The notes beneath the pieces were generated by a model. It was not told the DNA's origin, searched no databases, and saw only the letters and a program-made list of their open reading frames with translations. Positions 37,114-47,089 of a stretch of DNA of 64,000 bases are shown piece by piece; positions within the stretch are counted from its first letter, which is position 1, and each line of letters opens with the position of its first letter. The position numbers were made by a program, and so were the translations under genes. Source of the DNA: Actinomycetales bacterium (lineage in GTDB: Bacteria > Actinomycetota > Actinomycetes > JAJZTN01); contig JBQCDV010000207.1 of assembly GCA_051960855.1 (NCBI GenBank), forward strand, positions 146-64,145, given 5' to 3'.

Positions 37114-40100
37114 TCAGGTGCGAGCTGCTCCGGAGAAGAGCGCCTTGAGCTCGCTGACGTCGGGCAGCTCCGTCGGCCGCCACGTCTCGCCAGTCGCCGC
37201 GTAGTAGAGCGCCACGCGCACCGTCTCCATGGGAACGCCGTGCAGTCGTGACCACGCGAGCCGGTAGAGCGCGAGCTGTGCCACGTGCGACTTTTCGTCG
37301 CGATGACGCGAACCAGTCTTCCAGTCAACGATCTCCACCTCGCCGGCTCGGCCCGGCACCGCGAAGACAGCGTCGATACGGCCACGCACGACCACGTCGC
37401 CCATCGGTGTCTCGAAGGGCACCTCGACGCCCAGCGGCAGCCGCGTCGCCCACTCGCTCGCGAGGAAGGTCGATTTGAGCTGCTCGAGTTCGGGCTCGGG
37501 CACGAGCTCGTCGAGCTCGTCGAGATCCAGCAGTGCCGCATCAGCGAAGTGCTGCTCGACCCACGCATGGAAGGACGTGCCCCGGCGGGCGCCCCGGGCC
37601 GGTGGCCGTGGGACGGGCCGCCGCAGCTCGAGCAGGAACGACTGTGGGTCGTCGCGGTAGTCGACGACGGCCGACACCGACAGCGACGGCGGCAGCCGCC
37701 TGTCCGCACCTGCGCTGCCCTCGCCACGTTCGGCGCGTTCCCGCAGCAGCGCGTCGAGGTCCGCGGTCCACCTCGTCTCTGGCGGCTGTGGGGGCGCGTC
37801 TATGTCGCCGGCGAGCGCTTCTCGAGCGGCGAGGACGCGCTGGGCAGCGGCCTGCCGTCCGGCCCGGCGGGGACCGAGGGGATCCAGGGGCCAGGAGACG
37901 CGGCGCTGTCCCAGCTCCTCGGGGCGGGGCGACTCGTCGTCGACCCAGACCGCCACCTCGACCCCGGGCACGGCGATGCTCGTCGCCTGCGCCGTGGCGT
38001 CCTCAGTCGGCCGTGCCGCGACCGAGGCCATCTCCTCGAGGAAGCGTGACACCGTGCGGGGCCGTTTCGCTTCGCTCCAGAGGTGGGCGCTGGCTAGCAG
38101 CACCTCGCGCGCCCTGGTGACCGCGACATAGGCCAGGCGCCGCTCGTCGCGGACCTGGTGCGCCCCACTGTCAGAGCGGAACGTGGCGAGGGCGTCCCGG
38201 AGCTCCTCCTGCGACTCGGCCTCGCGCCAGCGCCACTCCGGAAGCTCTCCGGCGTCACCGCGCAGCGGGTAGGGCAGCGGTCCGAGGCCGACGAGCCAGC
38301 CTCCGTCGGTGTCCTTCGCCGCAGGGAACTGGCCCTCGACCATTCCGGGCACCGCCACGACGTCCCATTCCAGCCCCTTGGCCGCGTGCACGGTGAGGAC
38401 CTGCACGGCCTCCGGGTCGACGGTCACCTCACCTGGCTGCAGCCCGCGCTCCTGCTCGACGGCCACGTCGAGCCATGCGAGAAACGCCGTCAGCTCGTGG
38501 GCAGCCCCGCCCGTCCCGCCAGTCGTTCCGCCGCCGCTGGATGCGGCCGCGTCGAAGTCGGCGGCGGTCTGCAGGAACGCGTCGAGGTGGACGCGGGCGT
38601 CGTCGGGAGGCACACCCGGCCGGGCCGCAACCTCGATGTCGAGGTCCAGCGCCCGCTCGCACTCCAGCACCAGCTCCGCCAGGAGCAGGGTCGTGCTCAA
38701 CCGCGAGCGCAGCGCCGCGACGGTGCGCGCCACGTCGCGCAGCCGGCCGCGCGCCTCCTCGCTGAGGGCAATCGCCCCCGGAAGCGTCGACACGCGCAGC
38801 GCCTCCAGCGCGTCGACGATGGACAGCGGCTCCGCCGGCTCCGACGCGGCGAGAGGGGGCTCTCCGTCGATTCCCGGGCTGTCGCCCTGGGCTGCGCCGA
38901 CCTGCCTCGCCGCGCCATGGGTCACCGCCGTGGTCAGCTGCCGGGCGAGACGACCCAGGACATCGAGATCGCGCGGGGCCATGCGCACGCGTGGCCCACT
39001 CAGGAGGCGGATGAGCGCGTCACCGCGGGTCGGGTCGGCGACCACCTGCAGCAGCGCGACGAGCTCGTCGACCTCCGGCACCGACAGCAGGCCGCCGAGA
39101 CCGACGACCTGCACGGGAAGCCCGCGGGCCTCGAGAGCGTCGACGACCGCAGGGAACTGGCTGCGGGCCCGGCACAGAACGGCGCAGCTGCGATGGCCGC
39201 CGTCGGGAAGTGCGCGCAGCTGCTCGAGCTGGACCGCTACCCAGGCAGCCTCGTCGAGGTCGGTCAGCGCACGAGCCAGGCGGACGAGACCCGCTCCAGC
39301 TCCGGGCCGCGGCTGCAGCTCGGGAAGTTCCGCCTCAGCGCGCAGCTCCGCGCTGACGACATTCGCGATGTCGAGGATGGCGGCGTCGTTGCGCCAGCTG
39401 GTCGAGAGCGTGACGACCGGTGCCGGCTCCCCGCCCTCCTCCGGCGCGGTGCGGAAGACCTGGGGAAAGCGCAGCAGAGCCCCGGCGCTCGCACCGCGCC
39501 ATCCGTAGATCGACTGGCTCGGGTCGCCCACGGCGGTGACGGGGTGACCCTGACCGAAGAGCGAGGACAGCAGCAGCAGCTGGGCGTGGCTGGTGTCCTG
39601 GAACTCGTCCAGCAGCACCACCCGATGGCGCGCCCTCGCGGCGGCGACCACTTCCGGGAAGCGGGAGGCGAGCTGGGCGGCCAGGGCCATCTGGTCGCCG
39701 AAGTCGAGCAGCCCGCGGTGGCGCTTGACCTCCGCGTAGCGCCGCACCAGCGGAATCAGCTCGCGCCGCCCACGCAGCACGCTCAGCGCCTTCGCCACGT
39801 CCGCGAACGGAGCGCCGGGCGCGGCCTGCCCGACCTTGCGCGGCAGCACCTCGACCTCCCTCAGCAGCTGCTCGAGCCAGCCCTCGACGTCCTCGAGGGC
39901 GACCAGGTGCTCCGCGCACTCGGCTGCGAGGGCCAGCACGGCGTCGATGACAGTGCTGACGGCGGCCGTGACCGAGGGCAGATCGTCGGTCCAGTGCTCG
40001 ACGACGCCAGCTGCCAGCTGCCAGCCGGCGGCCTCGGTGAGCAACCGGGCGTCCGGCTCGACACTGAGGCGCAGGCCGTGCTCCTTGACCAGCGCGCCGG

Positions 40101-40527
40101 CGAAGCCGTGGTAGGTCGAGACCTCGGCACCGGCAGCGAGGCCGTCGGCGGCGGCGAGCCCGAGACGCCCCAGCCCCCGAAGTCGGCGACGGATCCGGGC
40201 GCTGAGCTCGGTGGCGGCCTTGCGGGTGAACGTCAGCCCGAGGACGGCGTCAGGCTCGACGAGGCCGTTGGCGACCAGCCACACGACACGCCCGGCCATC
40301 GTCTCGGTCTTGCCGGAGCCCGCGCCCGCGACCACGAGGGCCGGGCCGAGTCCGAGCTCGATGACGGCGACCTGCTCGTCGGTGGGAGCGGGGAGCCCGA
40401 GGGCGGCTGCCACGGCCTCCGCACTCCAGAGGGTGCCGTCTGTGCCATCCCTGCCACCACCGCTACTGCCACCGCTGCTGCCGTTGCTGCCGCCGGCCGC
40501 GGCGTGCCACCTCGCGTCGGCGGTCAT
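37114..40527 (-). CDS. adnB: Helicase-nuclease AdnB-like (UvrD-like motor + RecB-type nuclease)
   Basis: Walker A AGAGSGKTE and UvrD motifs are present. The C-terminus has a PD-(D/E)XK nuclease (IDAVFAVPG...EIVDWKTG...QLALYRLAW). The ATG at 40527 overlaps the adnA stop. Confidence 0.75.
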   Translation of the reverse strand: MTADARWHAAAGGSNGSSGGSSGGGRDGTDGTLWSAEAVAAALGLPAPTDEQVAVIELGLGPALVVAGAGSGKTETMAGRVVWLVANGLVEPDAVLGLTFTRKAATELSARIRRRLRGLGRLGLAAADGLAAGAEVSTYHGFAGALVKEHGLRLSVEPDARLLTEAAGWQLAAGVVEHWTDDLPSVTAAVSTVIDAVLALAAECAEHLVALEDVEGWLEQLLREVEVLPRKVGQAAPGAPFADVAKALSVLRGRRELIPLVRRYAEVKRHRGLLDFGDQMALAAQLASRFPEVVAAARARHRVVLLDEFQDTSHAQLLLLSSLFGQGHPVTAVGDPSQSIYGWRGASAGALLRFPQVFRTAPEEGGEPAPVVTLSTSWRNDAAILDIANVVSAELRAEAELPELQPRPGAGAGLVRLARALTDLDEAAWVAVQLEQLRALPDGGHRSCAVLCRARSQFPAVVDALEARGLPVQVVGLGGLLSVPEVDELVALLQVVADPTRGDALIRLLSGPRVRMAPRDLDVLGRLARQLTTAVTHGAARQVGAAQGDSPGIDGEPPLAASEPAEPLSIVDALEALRVSTLPGAIALSEEARGRLRDVARTVAALRSRLSTTLLLAELVLECERALDLDIEVAARPGVPPDDARVHLDAFLQTAADFDAAASSGGGTTGGTGGAAHELTAFLAWLDVAVEQERGLQPGEVTVDPEAVQVLTVHAAKGLEWDVVAVPGMVEGQFPAAKDTDGGWLVGLGPLPYPLRGDAGELPEWRWREAESQEELRDALATFRSDSGAHQVRDERRLAYVAVTRAREVLLASAHLWSEAKRPRTVSRFLEEMASVAARPTEDATAQATSIAVPGVEVAVWVDDESPRPEELGQRRVSWPLDPLGPRRAGRQAAAQRVLAAREALAGDIDAPPQPPETRWTADLDALLRERAERGEGSAGADRRLPPSLSVSAVVDYRDDPQSFLLELRRPVPRPPARGARRGTSFHAWVEQHFADAALLDLDELDELVPEPELEQLKSTFLASEWATRLPLGVEVPFETPMGDVVVRGRIDAVFAVPGRAGEVEIVDWKTGSRHRDEKSHVAQLALYRLAWSRLHGVPMETVRVALYYAATGETWRPTELPDVSELKALFSGAART

Positions 40528-43500
40528 CTGGTGCGCTGCCCGTCGAGAGGGCACGAACGGCGCACCGGGCAGGTGCGGCAGTGCGTGCCCTGGGCTGCCT
40601 CGAACTCCGCCGCCGCCATGCCCTCCGCGGCGGTCGTCAGCATGGTCTCGGCCCACAACGGGTCCTCGGAGTCCGCCAGTGCCTCCTGCCGCTGCTCGTC
40701 GACACGCTTGGTAGCGCCGAGCTGGACCAGCAGGCCGCCGCCCGCTCCCGCGTCATGGCCCTCGACGCCACCGCGCTCGATCGCCAGCTGGTAGACCCCC
40801 AGCTGCGGGTGCTGCGGCAGCTCCTCGGGCCGCGGCTTGTGCTTGCCCGTCTTGAGGTCCACGACGACCAGGCGACCATCGCCGTCGCGCTCGAGCCGGT
40901 CGGCGCGGCCCACGACGCGCACCGGGTGGGTCTCGGAGGCGATGACGACCTCGACCTCCACCTCGACGCCGACGAGAGCACGGGAGGTGCTGCGCTGGTA
41001 GTCCGCCAGCTTGCCGAGCATCTCCTCGGCCTGCTGGCGCACGAGTCGGGAGCGCCAGCTCGTCGGCAGGTCGAGCTCGTGCCACCGCTCGTCGAGCCGG
41101 GCGAGCATCGCCGCCAGATCGCCGCCCTGCGGCAGCTCGGCGGCGATCTCGTGCACGAGCGTGCCGAGCGTCTGCGACGTGCTGTCAGCGCGTCGCCCTC
41201 CGCTGGTCTCGAGGTGCCAGCGCAGCGGGCAGGTGAGGAAGGACTCGACGCGGGAGGGCGACACCCGCACCTCCTCCCCCGGCGACCGCAGCGGCTCCAC
41301 CGAGCTCAGCGGCAGGAGCCCGTGCCAGCTCCGGGGGTCCGCGCCGCGGATGCCGAGGGCGGCGAGCCGCGCGAGCTCGCGAGCCGCCGCTTCCGCCTCG
41401 TCCTCGGGTCCGGAGACCACGGCCTGCCGCAGCTCGGCCACGACGGCGGGCAGGGTGAGCTGGCGCGGGGCGACCGTGCAGCGTCGTTCGTCGGTTGCGC
41501 CTTCGGGGTCGAGGACGTCGAGGAAGACCGATGGCTCGTGGTCGTCGTCAGCAACCGCCGTGACCAGGAGGTCGCATCGGGGCCGGGTGACCGCCAGGTA
41601 GAGCAGGCGCAGCTCCTCGCGGCGCAGGGCCGCCACCGCGTCGCGCGGCGCGAGCGCCGGACGCCCGGCGAGGACGTCGACCAGGCGGTCGGCGCCCAGC
41701 AACGTCCCCCGGACCCGCAGGTCGGGCCACACCCCTTCCTGCATCCCAGCGAGGGCCACGACGTCCCACTCGCGCCCGGCGGCTTCGTGGACGGTAAGCA
41801 CGTCGACCTGCTCGCTGGCCACGCCCGTCGCACGCAGGGTGTCGGCCCGGACCTGGGCGGAGGAGACCGTCTCGATCAGCTCGGCGACACCGGCCCCGCC
41901 GTCGGCGGCACGCGCGGCGAGGGCGAACAGTGCCATCACCGCATCCAGGTCGCGGTCGGCACGGGCGCCGTCCATCCCGCCGCGCAGCGCCCGCTCCTGC
42001 CACCGACCCGCGACGCCACTGGCGTCCCACACCGCCCACAGCAGGGACTCCGCGCTGAGATCGTCAGCGCGAGCGGCCCTGCGGCCGGCAGCGAGGATCC
42101 GTCGCAGCCGCACCTCGGGCGCCCGGTCTCGGCGGTCGCCGCCAGCCCACCAGCTCGCGTCCTGCGCCGCCGGGAGCCGGGGCAGCAGCCGCCGCAGCTG
42201 CACCGGGTCCACCCCGACCAGAGGCCCGGCGAGCAGGGCGCCCAGCGCGGCGGTGTCGAGAAGCTCGGGCTGCAGGCAGACCTGCATCGCGGTCACCAGG
42301 GCGGCGACGGCGCGCTCCTGAGCCAGCGGAAGGTCGCCTGCAGTGCCGCGCACCGGTACCCCCGCGCTGGCGAGCAGGCGACGCAGCTCCTCCGCGCGGC
42401 CGCGGGTGCGGGTGAGCACGGCCAGCCGCGACCACGGCGTGCCGCGGTGCAGGTGCTCCTGGCGCAGCCGCGTGGCGAGGAAGGTCGCCTCCCGCGCCGG
42501 AGAAGCCAGGACGTGGACCTCAGCGCCGCTCACGTGCTCCCTGCTGACCTCCCCGGCCGCAGCGACCTTCCCGGCCGAGTGGAGCTCTGCGGCTGGGTCG
42601 ACCTCCCCGGCCGCCGGCCGCAGGACGCGTCGGTGCGTGCCGCTTCCGGGCAGCAGGCGGCCGACCCGCTCGGCCGCGCTCAGGAGTGAGGCGCCGCGAC
42701 GCCAGCTCGTGGTGAGGACCGTCGTCTCCGCCGCGCGGCCGCCCGGGCGACGGAACACGTCGGGGAACTCCGCCAGGCGTTGGACGTCAGCGCCGCGGAA
42801 CGTCTGCACCGTGACGTCGGGGTCACCGGCCACGACGACGTCAGCGTGTCGGGCCAGCAGGAGCAGCAGTCGCTCGTGGTCTGGGTCGGCCTCGTGGTAG
42901 TCGTCGACGAGCACCAGCCGCCACGGGAGCGCGACCTCGCCAGTCTCGAGCACGGCCACGGCGGCCGCGATGAGGCCTGCTGGGTCGCGCGCTCCCGGCT
43001 CCCGCAGCTCCAGGACGTCGAGGTACTCCCGCCAGAGCCCCCCGGCCGCCACCCAGGCGGGCTCGTCGTGCCGCAGACCCAGCTCACGCAGGTCCTCCGG
43101 CTCCAGGCCACGCTCGGTCGCCCGCGCGAAGAGGTCGCGCAGCTGGGTGCGGAAGGTCCGGGTCGGCAGCGCGTCGGCGCACTCGGCGGGCCACACCACG
43201 GCGCCGCCCTCGCCTGCCCGGTGCCCCTCGAGCAGCTCGCGCAGCATGCGGTCCTGCTCGGGGGCGGACACCAGCCGGGGCGCGGGCGCTCCCGTGAGCA
43301 GCGCGTGGCGGCGCAGCAGCCCGAAGGCGAGCGAGTGCATGGTGCGAGCGGCGGGCTCGCGCATGGTGCGTCGCAGCCTGCGGGAGAGCCGCTCGCGCAG
43401 GTCGTCCGCGCGACGTCGCGAGGCGGCCAGCACCAGCAGCTCGTCGGGGTCGAGCCCAGCGGCCACCCGACGCGCGGCGAGCTCGACGAGGAGGCTGGTC

Positions 43501-43661
43501 TTGCCTGTGCCAGGAGCGCCGATGATGCGGTGCGCGCCGACGCCCGCGGGGAGGCAGGCGACGATCTCGGCGGGATCGAAGAGCCCGAGCTGGGCGGCCT
43601 CGGAGGCAGCGGCGGGGGCGGCGGTGCCGGCGGTGCTGGCAGGAGGAGCAGTCGTCGTCAT
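40524..43661 (-). CDS. adnA: Helicase-nuclease AdnA-like subunit
   Basis: GAPGTGKT Walker A is present. The C-terminus carries a RecB-like nuclease (VVVDLKTGKHKP...QLGVYQLAIE) and a cysteine cluster (C..C....C). The start is taken at ATG 43661. Confidence 0.75.
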   Translation of the reverse strand: MTTTAPPASTAGTAAPAAASEAAQLGLFDPAEIVACLPAGVGAHRIIGAPGTGKTSLLVELAARRVAAGLDPDELLVLAASRRRADDLRERLSRRLRRTMREPAARTMHSLAFGLLRRHALLTGAPAPRLVSAPEQDRMLRELLEGHRAGEGGAVVWPAECADALPTRTFRTQLRDLFARATERGLEPEDLRELGLRHDEPAWVAAGGLWREYLDVLELREPGARDPAGLIAAAVAVLETGEVALPWRLVLVDDYHEADPDHERLLLLLARHADVVVAGDPDVTVQTFRGADVQRLAEFPDVFRRPGGRAAETTVLTTSWRRGASLLSAAERVGRLLPGSGTHRRVLRPAAGEVDPAAELHSAGKVAAAGEVSREHVSGAEVHVLASPAREATFLATRLRQEHLHRGTPWSRLAVLTRTRGRAEELRRLLASAGVPVRGTAGDLPLAQERAVAALVTAMQVCLQPELLDTAALGALLAGPLVGVDPVQLRRLLPRLPAAQDASWWAGGDRRDRAPEVRLRRILAAGRRAARADDLSAESLLWAVWDASGVAGRWQERALRGGMDGARADRDLDAVMALFALAARAADGGAGVAELIETVSSAQVRADTLRATGVASEQVDVLTVHEAAGREWDVVALAGMQEGVWPDLRVRGTLLGADRLVDVLAGRPALAPRDAVAALRREELRLLYLAVTRPRCDLLVTAVADDDHEPSVFLDVLDPEGATDERRCTVAPRQLTLPAVVAELRQAVVSGPEDEAEAAARELARLAALGIRGADPRSWHGLLPLSSVEPLRSPGEEVRVSPSRVESFLTCPLRWHLETSGGRRADSTSQTLGTLVHEIAAELPQGGDLAAMLARLDERWHELDLPTSWRSRLVRQQAEEMLGKLADYQRSTSRALVGVEVEVEVVIASETHPVRVVGRADRLERDGDGRLVVVDLKTGKHKPRPEELPQHPQLGVYQLAIERGGVEGHDAGAGGGLLVQLGATKRVDEQRQEALADSEDPLWAETMLTTAAEGMAAAEFEAAQGTHCRTCPVRRSCPLDGQRTR

Positions 43662-43670
43662 GTCCCTGGC

Positions 43671-43692
43671 ATTCGACCACGGCCCACTGACA
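43671..43692 (-). promoter_or_regulatory. Candidate DNA-damage (RecA-independent, PafBC-type) promoter motif TGTCAGTG-N8-TCGAAT immediately upstream of the adnA ATG. It would give a near-leaderless transcript
   Basis: TGTCAGTG matches the actinobacterial RecA-NDp core tTGTCRgtg. The -10-like hexamer is only 9 nt from the ATG. Confidence 0.3.
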
Positions 43693-43704
43693 GAGTCCGG
43701 AGAC

Positions 43705-43735
43705 GACACGGGGCCACCCCGGGAAGGGGTGGCCC
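43705..43735 (-). terminator. Terminator-like hairpin after moeZ (GGGGCCACCCC-GGGAA-GGGGTGGCCCC)
   Basis: An 11-bp perfect stem lies 40 nt downstream of the moeZ stop on the minus strand. Confidence 0.45.
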
Positions 43736-43773
43736 CGTCGATGGCTCGCGGTGTGAGGCGGCGGCTGTGCCTG

Positions 43774-44988
43774 TCAGTAGGCGGGCAGCGAGGGGTCGAC
43801 CTGGTTGACCCAGGCCACGACGCCCCCGCCAACGTGGACAGCATCGGTGAAGCCCGCACCCTTCACCACAGCGAGCGCCTCGGCCGAGCGACCCCCGGAT
43901 TTGCAGTGCAGGACCACCTGCTTGTCCTGCGGCAGCTTGCCGAGGGCCTCGCCTGAGAGGAACTCGCCCTTGGGGATGAGCACCGAACCAGGGATCCGGA
44001 CGATCTCGAACTCGTGCGGCTCGCGGACGTCGACGAGGACGAAGTCGCGCTCGCCACGCTCCCGCTCGGCCAGCATCTGCTCGAGGTCCTTGACCGAGAT
44101 GGTCGCGTCCCGCGCGGCGTCGGCAGCCTCCGCAGAGATGGTGCCGCAGAAGGCCTCGTAGTCGATGAGCTCCGTCACCGTCGGGTTGGTGCCGCAGATG
44201 GCGCACTCGGGGTCCTTGCGGACCTTGATGTCGCGGTAGGTCATCTCGAGGGCGTCGTAGACCTTGAGGCGCCCGACCAGCGGCTCACCGATGCCCGCGA
44301 TGAGCTTGATGGCCTCGGTGACCTGGATCGAGCCGATCGAGGCGCACAGCACCCCGAGCACGCCACCCTCCGCGCACGACGGGACCATGCCGGGCGGCGG
44401 GGGCTCCGGGTAGAGGCAGCGGTAGCAGGGGCCGTACTCCGCCCAGAAGACCGACGCCTGCCCGTCGAAGCGGAAGATCGAGCCCCAGACATAGGGCTTG
44501 CCGAGCAGGACACAGGCGTCGTTGACGAGGTAGCGCGTCGCGAAGTTGTCGGTGCCGTCGATGATGAGGTCGTAGCCGGAGAAGATGTCGAGCGCGTTGC
44601 TGGACTCCAGCCGCTCCTCGTGCAGGACGACCTCGACCAGCGGGTTGATCTCGCGGATCGAGTCGCGTGCCGAGGCTGCCTTGGACCGGCCCACGTCGCT
44701 CTGGCCGTGGATGACCTGGCGCTGCAGGTTGGACTCGTCGACGACGTCGAAGTCGATGATGCCGAGAGTGCCCACGCCAGCAGCGGCGAGGTAGAGCAGC
44801 GCCGGTGAGCCGAGGCCGCCAGCGCCGATGACGAGGACCTTGGCGTTCTTCAGGCGCTTCTGCCCGTCCATCCCGACGTCGGGAATGATCAGGTGGCGCG
44901 AGTAGCGGCGGACCTCGTCGACAGTGAGCTCAGCGGCCGGCTCAACGAGCGGCGGGAGGGACACGGCAGGGAGGGACACAGCAGTCAC
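43774..44988 (-). CDS. moeZ: Molybdopterin-synthase adenylyltransferase MoeZ/MoeB with C-terminal rhodanese domain
   Basis: ThiF/MoeB core (VLVIGAGGLGSP, dual CxxC) plus a C-terminal rhodanese active site (CKSGGRS). Confidence 0.85.
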   Translation of the reverse strand: MTAVSLPAVSLPPLVEPAAELTVDEVRRYSRHLIIPDVGMDGQKRLKNAKVLVIGAGGLGSPALLYLAAAGVGTLGIIDFDVVDESNLQRQVIHGQSDVGRSKAASARDSIREINPLVEVVLHEERLESSNALDIFSGYDLIIDGTDNFATRYLVNDACVLLGKPYVWGSIFRFDGQASVFWAEYGPCYRCLYPEPPPPGMVPSCAEGGVLGVLCASIGSIQVTEAIKLIAGIGEPLVGRLKVYDALEMTYRDIKVRKDPECAICGTNPTVTELIDYEAFCGTISAEAADAARDATISVKDLEQMLAERERGERDFVLVDVREPHEFEIVRIPGSVLIPKGEFLSGEALGKLPQDKQVVLHCKSGGRSAEALAVVKGAGFTDAVHVGGGVVAWVNQVDPSLPAY

Positions 44989-45941
44989 GACCCGGCCAAC
45001 CTGCCGGTGGCGTCGCTGATTCCCAGCAGGAACTGGCGAAACGCCGCTGCGACCAGGTGCGGCTGCTCCATCTGCGCGACGTGCCCGGCCCCAGGCAGCT
45101 CGACCTGCGCAACGGCCTGCGGGAGCCGGTCATAGAGGCGCCGCGCCGTCGTCGGGTGCACGAGCCGGTCGTGCAGTCCCTGAACGACGAGGCTGGGGAC
45201 CTCGACTCGCGCGAGCGCGCCCCACACCCTGCGAGCCGCCGACGGGGAGAAGTAGGACGACATGAGCCCACGCAGGCTGCCCAGCAGCGCCGCGCCCGCG
45301 TAGTCGAGCTCGTCTCGTCGGGCGGCTTCGGCGAGGGCCTCCTGCCGCCGCTGCTCGGGGACGAGGTCCGGCTCGGCGTAGATGAGTCCCATCGACGTCG
45401 CGACCCGCCGCTCGACGGGCAGTGCGGCGACCCGGCGACCGAGGACCTCCCCGACCCGCGGCAGCGCCAGCAGCGGCAGGTGGGCGTTGGTGCGGCGCAG
45501 CCGGTACTGCGGGAGCGCCGCACTGACGAGGGTCAGCGAGGCGACAGCGCCGTTCGGGCCCTCCGCGGCGGCAGCCAAGGCCGCCACCACTCCCCCTAGG
45601 CTGTTGCCGAGCAGGTGGACGGGTCGGCTGGACGCAGCGGCGAGCTCCCGGCAGAGGGACACCACGGCGTCGACGTGGGCACCCAGGCTCAGGTCGCCGT
45701 CGGCGGGCATCGGCGAGAAGCCGTGACCGGGCAGGTCCGGCATCACGGTGGTGACGTCGGGCAGCAGCGCGGCGGCAAGGTCGGTCCAGTTGGCGGCTGA
45801 GCCGGCCAGCCCGTGGACGGCGACCGCGACGGCAGCCGCGGCGCCATCCTGGGCGCGCCGGACATGCAGCTCGTGGCGTCCCACGACGCGCGTCTGACCG
45901 GGCCAGGGAGGTGGAAGGGTCACTCCTGCATCCTCTGCCAC
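44985..45941 (-). CDS. Alpha/beta hydrolase
   Basis: HGLAGS and the nucleophile elbow GNSLGG are present, with a C-terminal HDRLV. Confidence 0.7.
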   Translation of the reverse strand: MAEDAGVTLPPPWPGQTRVVGRHELHVRRAQDGAAAAVAVAVHGLAGSAANWTDLAAALLPDVTTVMPDLPGHGFSPMPADGDLSLGAHVDAVVSLCRELAAASSRPVHLLGNSLGGVVAALAAAAEGPNGAVASLTLVSAALPQYRLRRTNAHLPLLALPRVGEVLGRRVAALPVERRVATSMGLIYAEPDLVPEQRRQEALAEAARRDELDYAGAALLGSLRGLMSSYFSPSAARRVWGALARVEVPSLVVQGLHDRLVHPTTARRLYDRLPQAVAQVELPGAGHVAQMEQPHLVAAAFRQFLLGISDATGRLAGS

Positions 45942-46002
45942 CTGCTGTCACGGCGGCATCGGCGGGAGTGCAGGGCGCTGCGAGCGGGGTACTGCACCTG
46001 AC

Positions 46003-46296
46003 ATGACGACTGCGACTCCCTCTGCCAGCGGCCCTCACGACCAGCCCGACCGGGACGACGTGCCGGCTGCTGTCCCCGCTGAGGCTGTCCCCGCTGAGGC
46101 TGTCCCCGCCGAGGCGAACGAGGCCGATGCCCTGGAGCAGCAGCTGCCCGCGGTGCCGGGGCTGGCAGCAGCGGAGGACGGATCGGAGTCCGCTGCTCAG
46201 GAGCTGCTCGCCAACCCGGTGGAGGAGGCCAACCCCGCTGACGTCGTCGAGCAGGACACCGTCGTCGGCGTCGACGAGGACGACGAGCCGCGCTGA
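46003..46296 (+). CDS. Acidic low-complexity protein with (AVPAE)3 repeat
   Basis: 97 aa and strongly acidic. The codon third-position bias is consistent with coding. The product is not recognisable. Confidence 0.35.
   Translation: MTTATPSASGPHDQPDRDDVPAAVPAEAVPAEAVPAEANEADALEQQLPAVPGLAAAEDGSESAAQELLANPVEEANPADVVEQDTVVGVDEDDEPR
46069..46113 (+). repeat. 3 tandem 15-bp repeats (GCTGTCCCCGCTGAG) encoding AVPAE x3
   Basis: Direct reading. Confidence 0.85.
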
Positions 46297-46356
46297 GCAC
46301 GGGCGCGCCGTCCCGGGGCCGCCCTGCCCGGGTTACCCGCCGGTAGGCTGCCGCGC

Positions 46357-47064
46357 ATGGCCAGCGGCAGCTCCACCGCGAGCGCGACGACCTCCGAGTC
46401 CGAGGGGAGCCGGGCGCGGCTGCCCCGCAGCGAGCGCCGCGAGCAGCTGCTGGCAGCCGCCCAGGAGGTGTTCGTCAGCGCTGGCTACCACGCGGCCGGC
46501 ATGGACGACATCGCCGAGCGCGCCGGTGTCAGCAAGCCGGTGCTCTACCAGCACTTTCCGAGCAAGCTCGACCTCTATCTCGCCCTGTTCGACCTGCGCG
46601 GGCAGGAGATGGTCGCTGCCGTGCGGTCGGCGCTGGAGCGCACCTCCGACAACAAGCAGCGCGTCGCGGCCGCCATCGAGGCCTACTTCGCCTTCGTCGA
46701 TGCCGAAGGCGAGGCCTTCCGGCTGCTGTTCGAGTCCGACCTGCTTAACGACGCTGCGGTGCGCAGCAGGATCGACGGAGTGACCCGCGCCTGCGCCGAG
46801 CCCATCAGCGAGGTGATCATCAACGACGCCGGCCTGCCCCGCGAGCACGCGATGCTGCTGGCGGTCGGCATGGTGGGAATGGCCCAGGTGGCCGCTCGCT
46901 TCTGGTTGGACAGCGAGGCAGGGGCCGGCGAGGCTCCCGTGCCGCGGCCCACCGCCGTCGAGCTGATGGCAGCGCTGTCCTGGCGTGGCATCCGCGGGTT
47001 CCCCCGCACCCACCTCGCCGTTCCCTCCGGCTCACCGGGGGCCGGCGAGCAGACCGGCAGATAG
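46357..47064 (+). CDS. TetR/AcrR family transcriptional regulator
   Basis: N-terminal helix-turn-helix (LLAAAQEVFVSAGYHAAGMDDIAERAGVSKPVLYQHF). Confidence 0.8.
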   Translation: MASGSSTASATTSESEGSRARLPRSERREQLLAAAQEVFVSAGYHAAGMDDIAERAGVSKPVLYQHFPSKLDLYLALFDLRGQEMVAAVRSALERTSDNKQRVAAAIEAYFAFVDAEGEAFRLLFESDLLNDAAVRSRIDGVTRACAEPISEVIINDAGLPREHAMLLAVGMVGMAQVAARFWLDSEAGAGEAPVPRPTAVELMAALSWRGIRGFPRTHLAVPSGSPGAGEQTGR

Positions 47065-47089
47065 CCTGCCGGCTACCGACTTCGAAGGG

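Noticed and set aside
40440-40500. Short GGSSGGS-encoding repeats at the AdnB N-terminus and ESESESE in the UvrD2 linker (32221-32244)
   Set aside because: They are too short and irregular to call tandem-repeat features. They are noted only as low-complexity linkers.
38158-40794. 878-aa plus-strand ORF and 40581..42689 702-aa ORF
   Set aside because: They are antisense to adnB and adnA.
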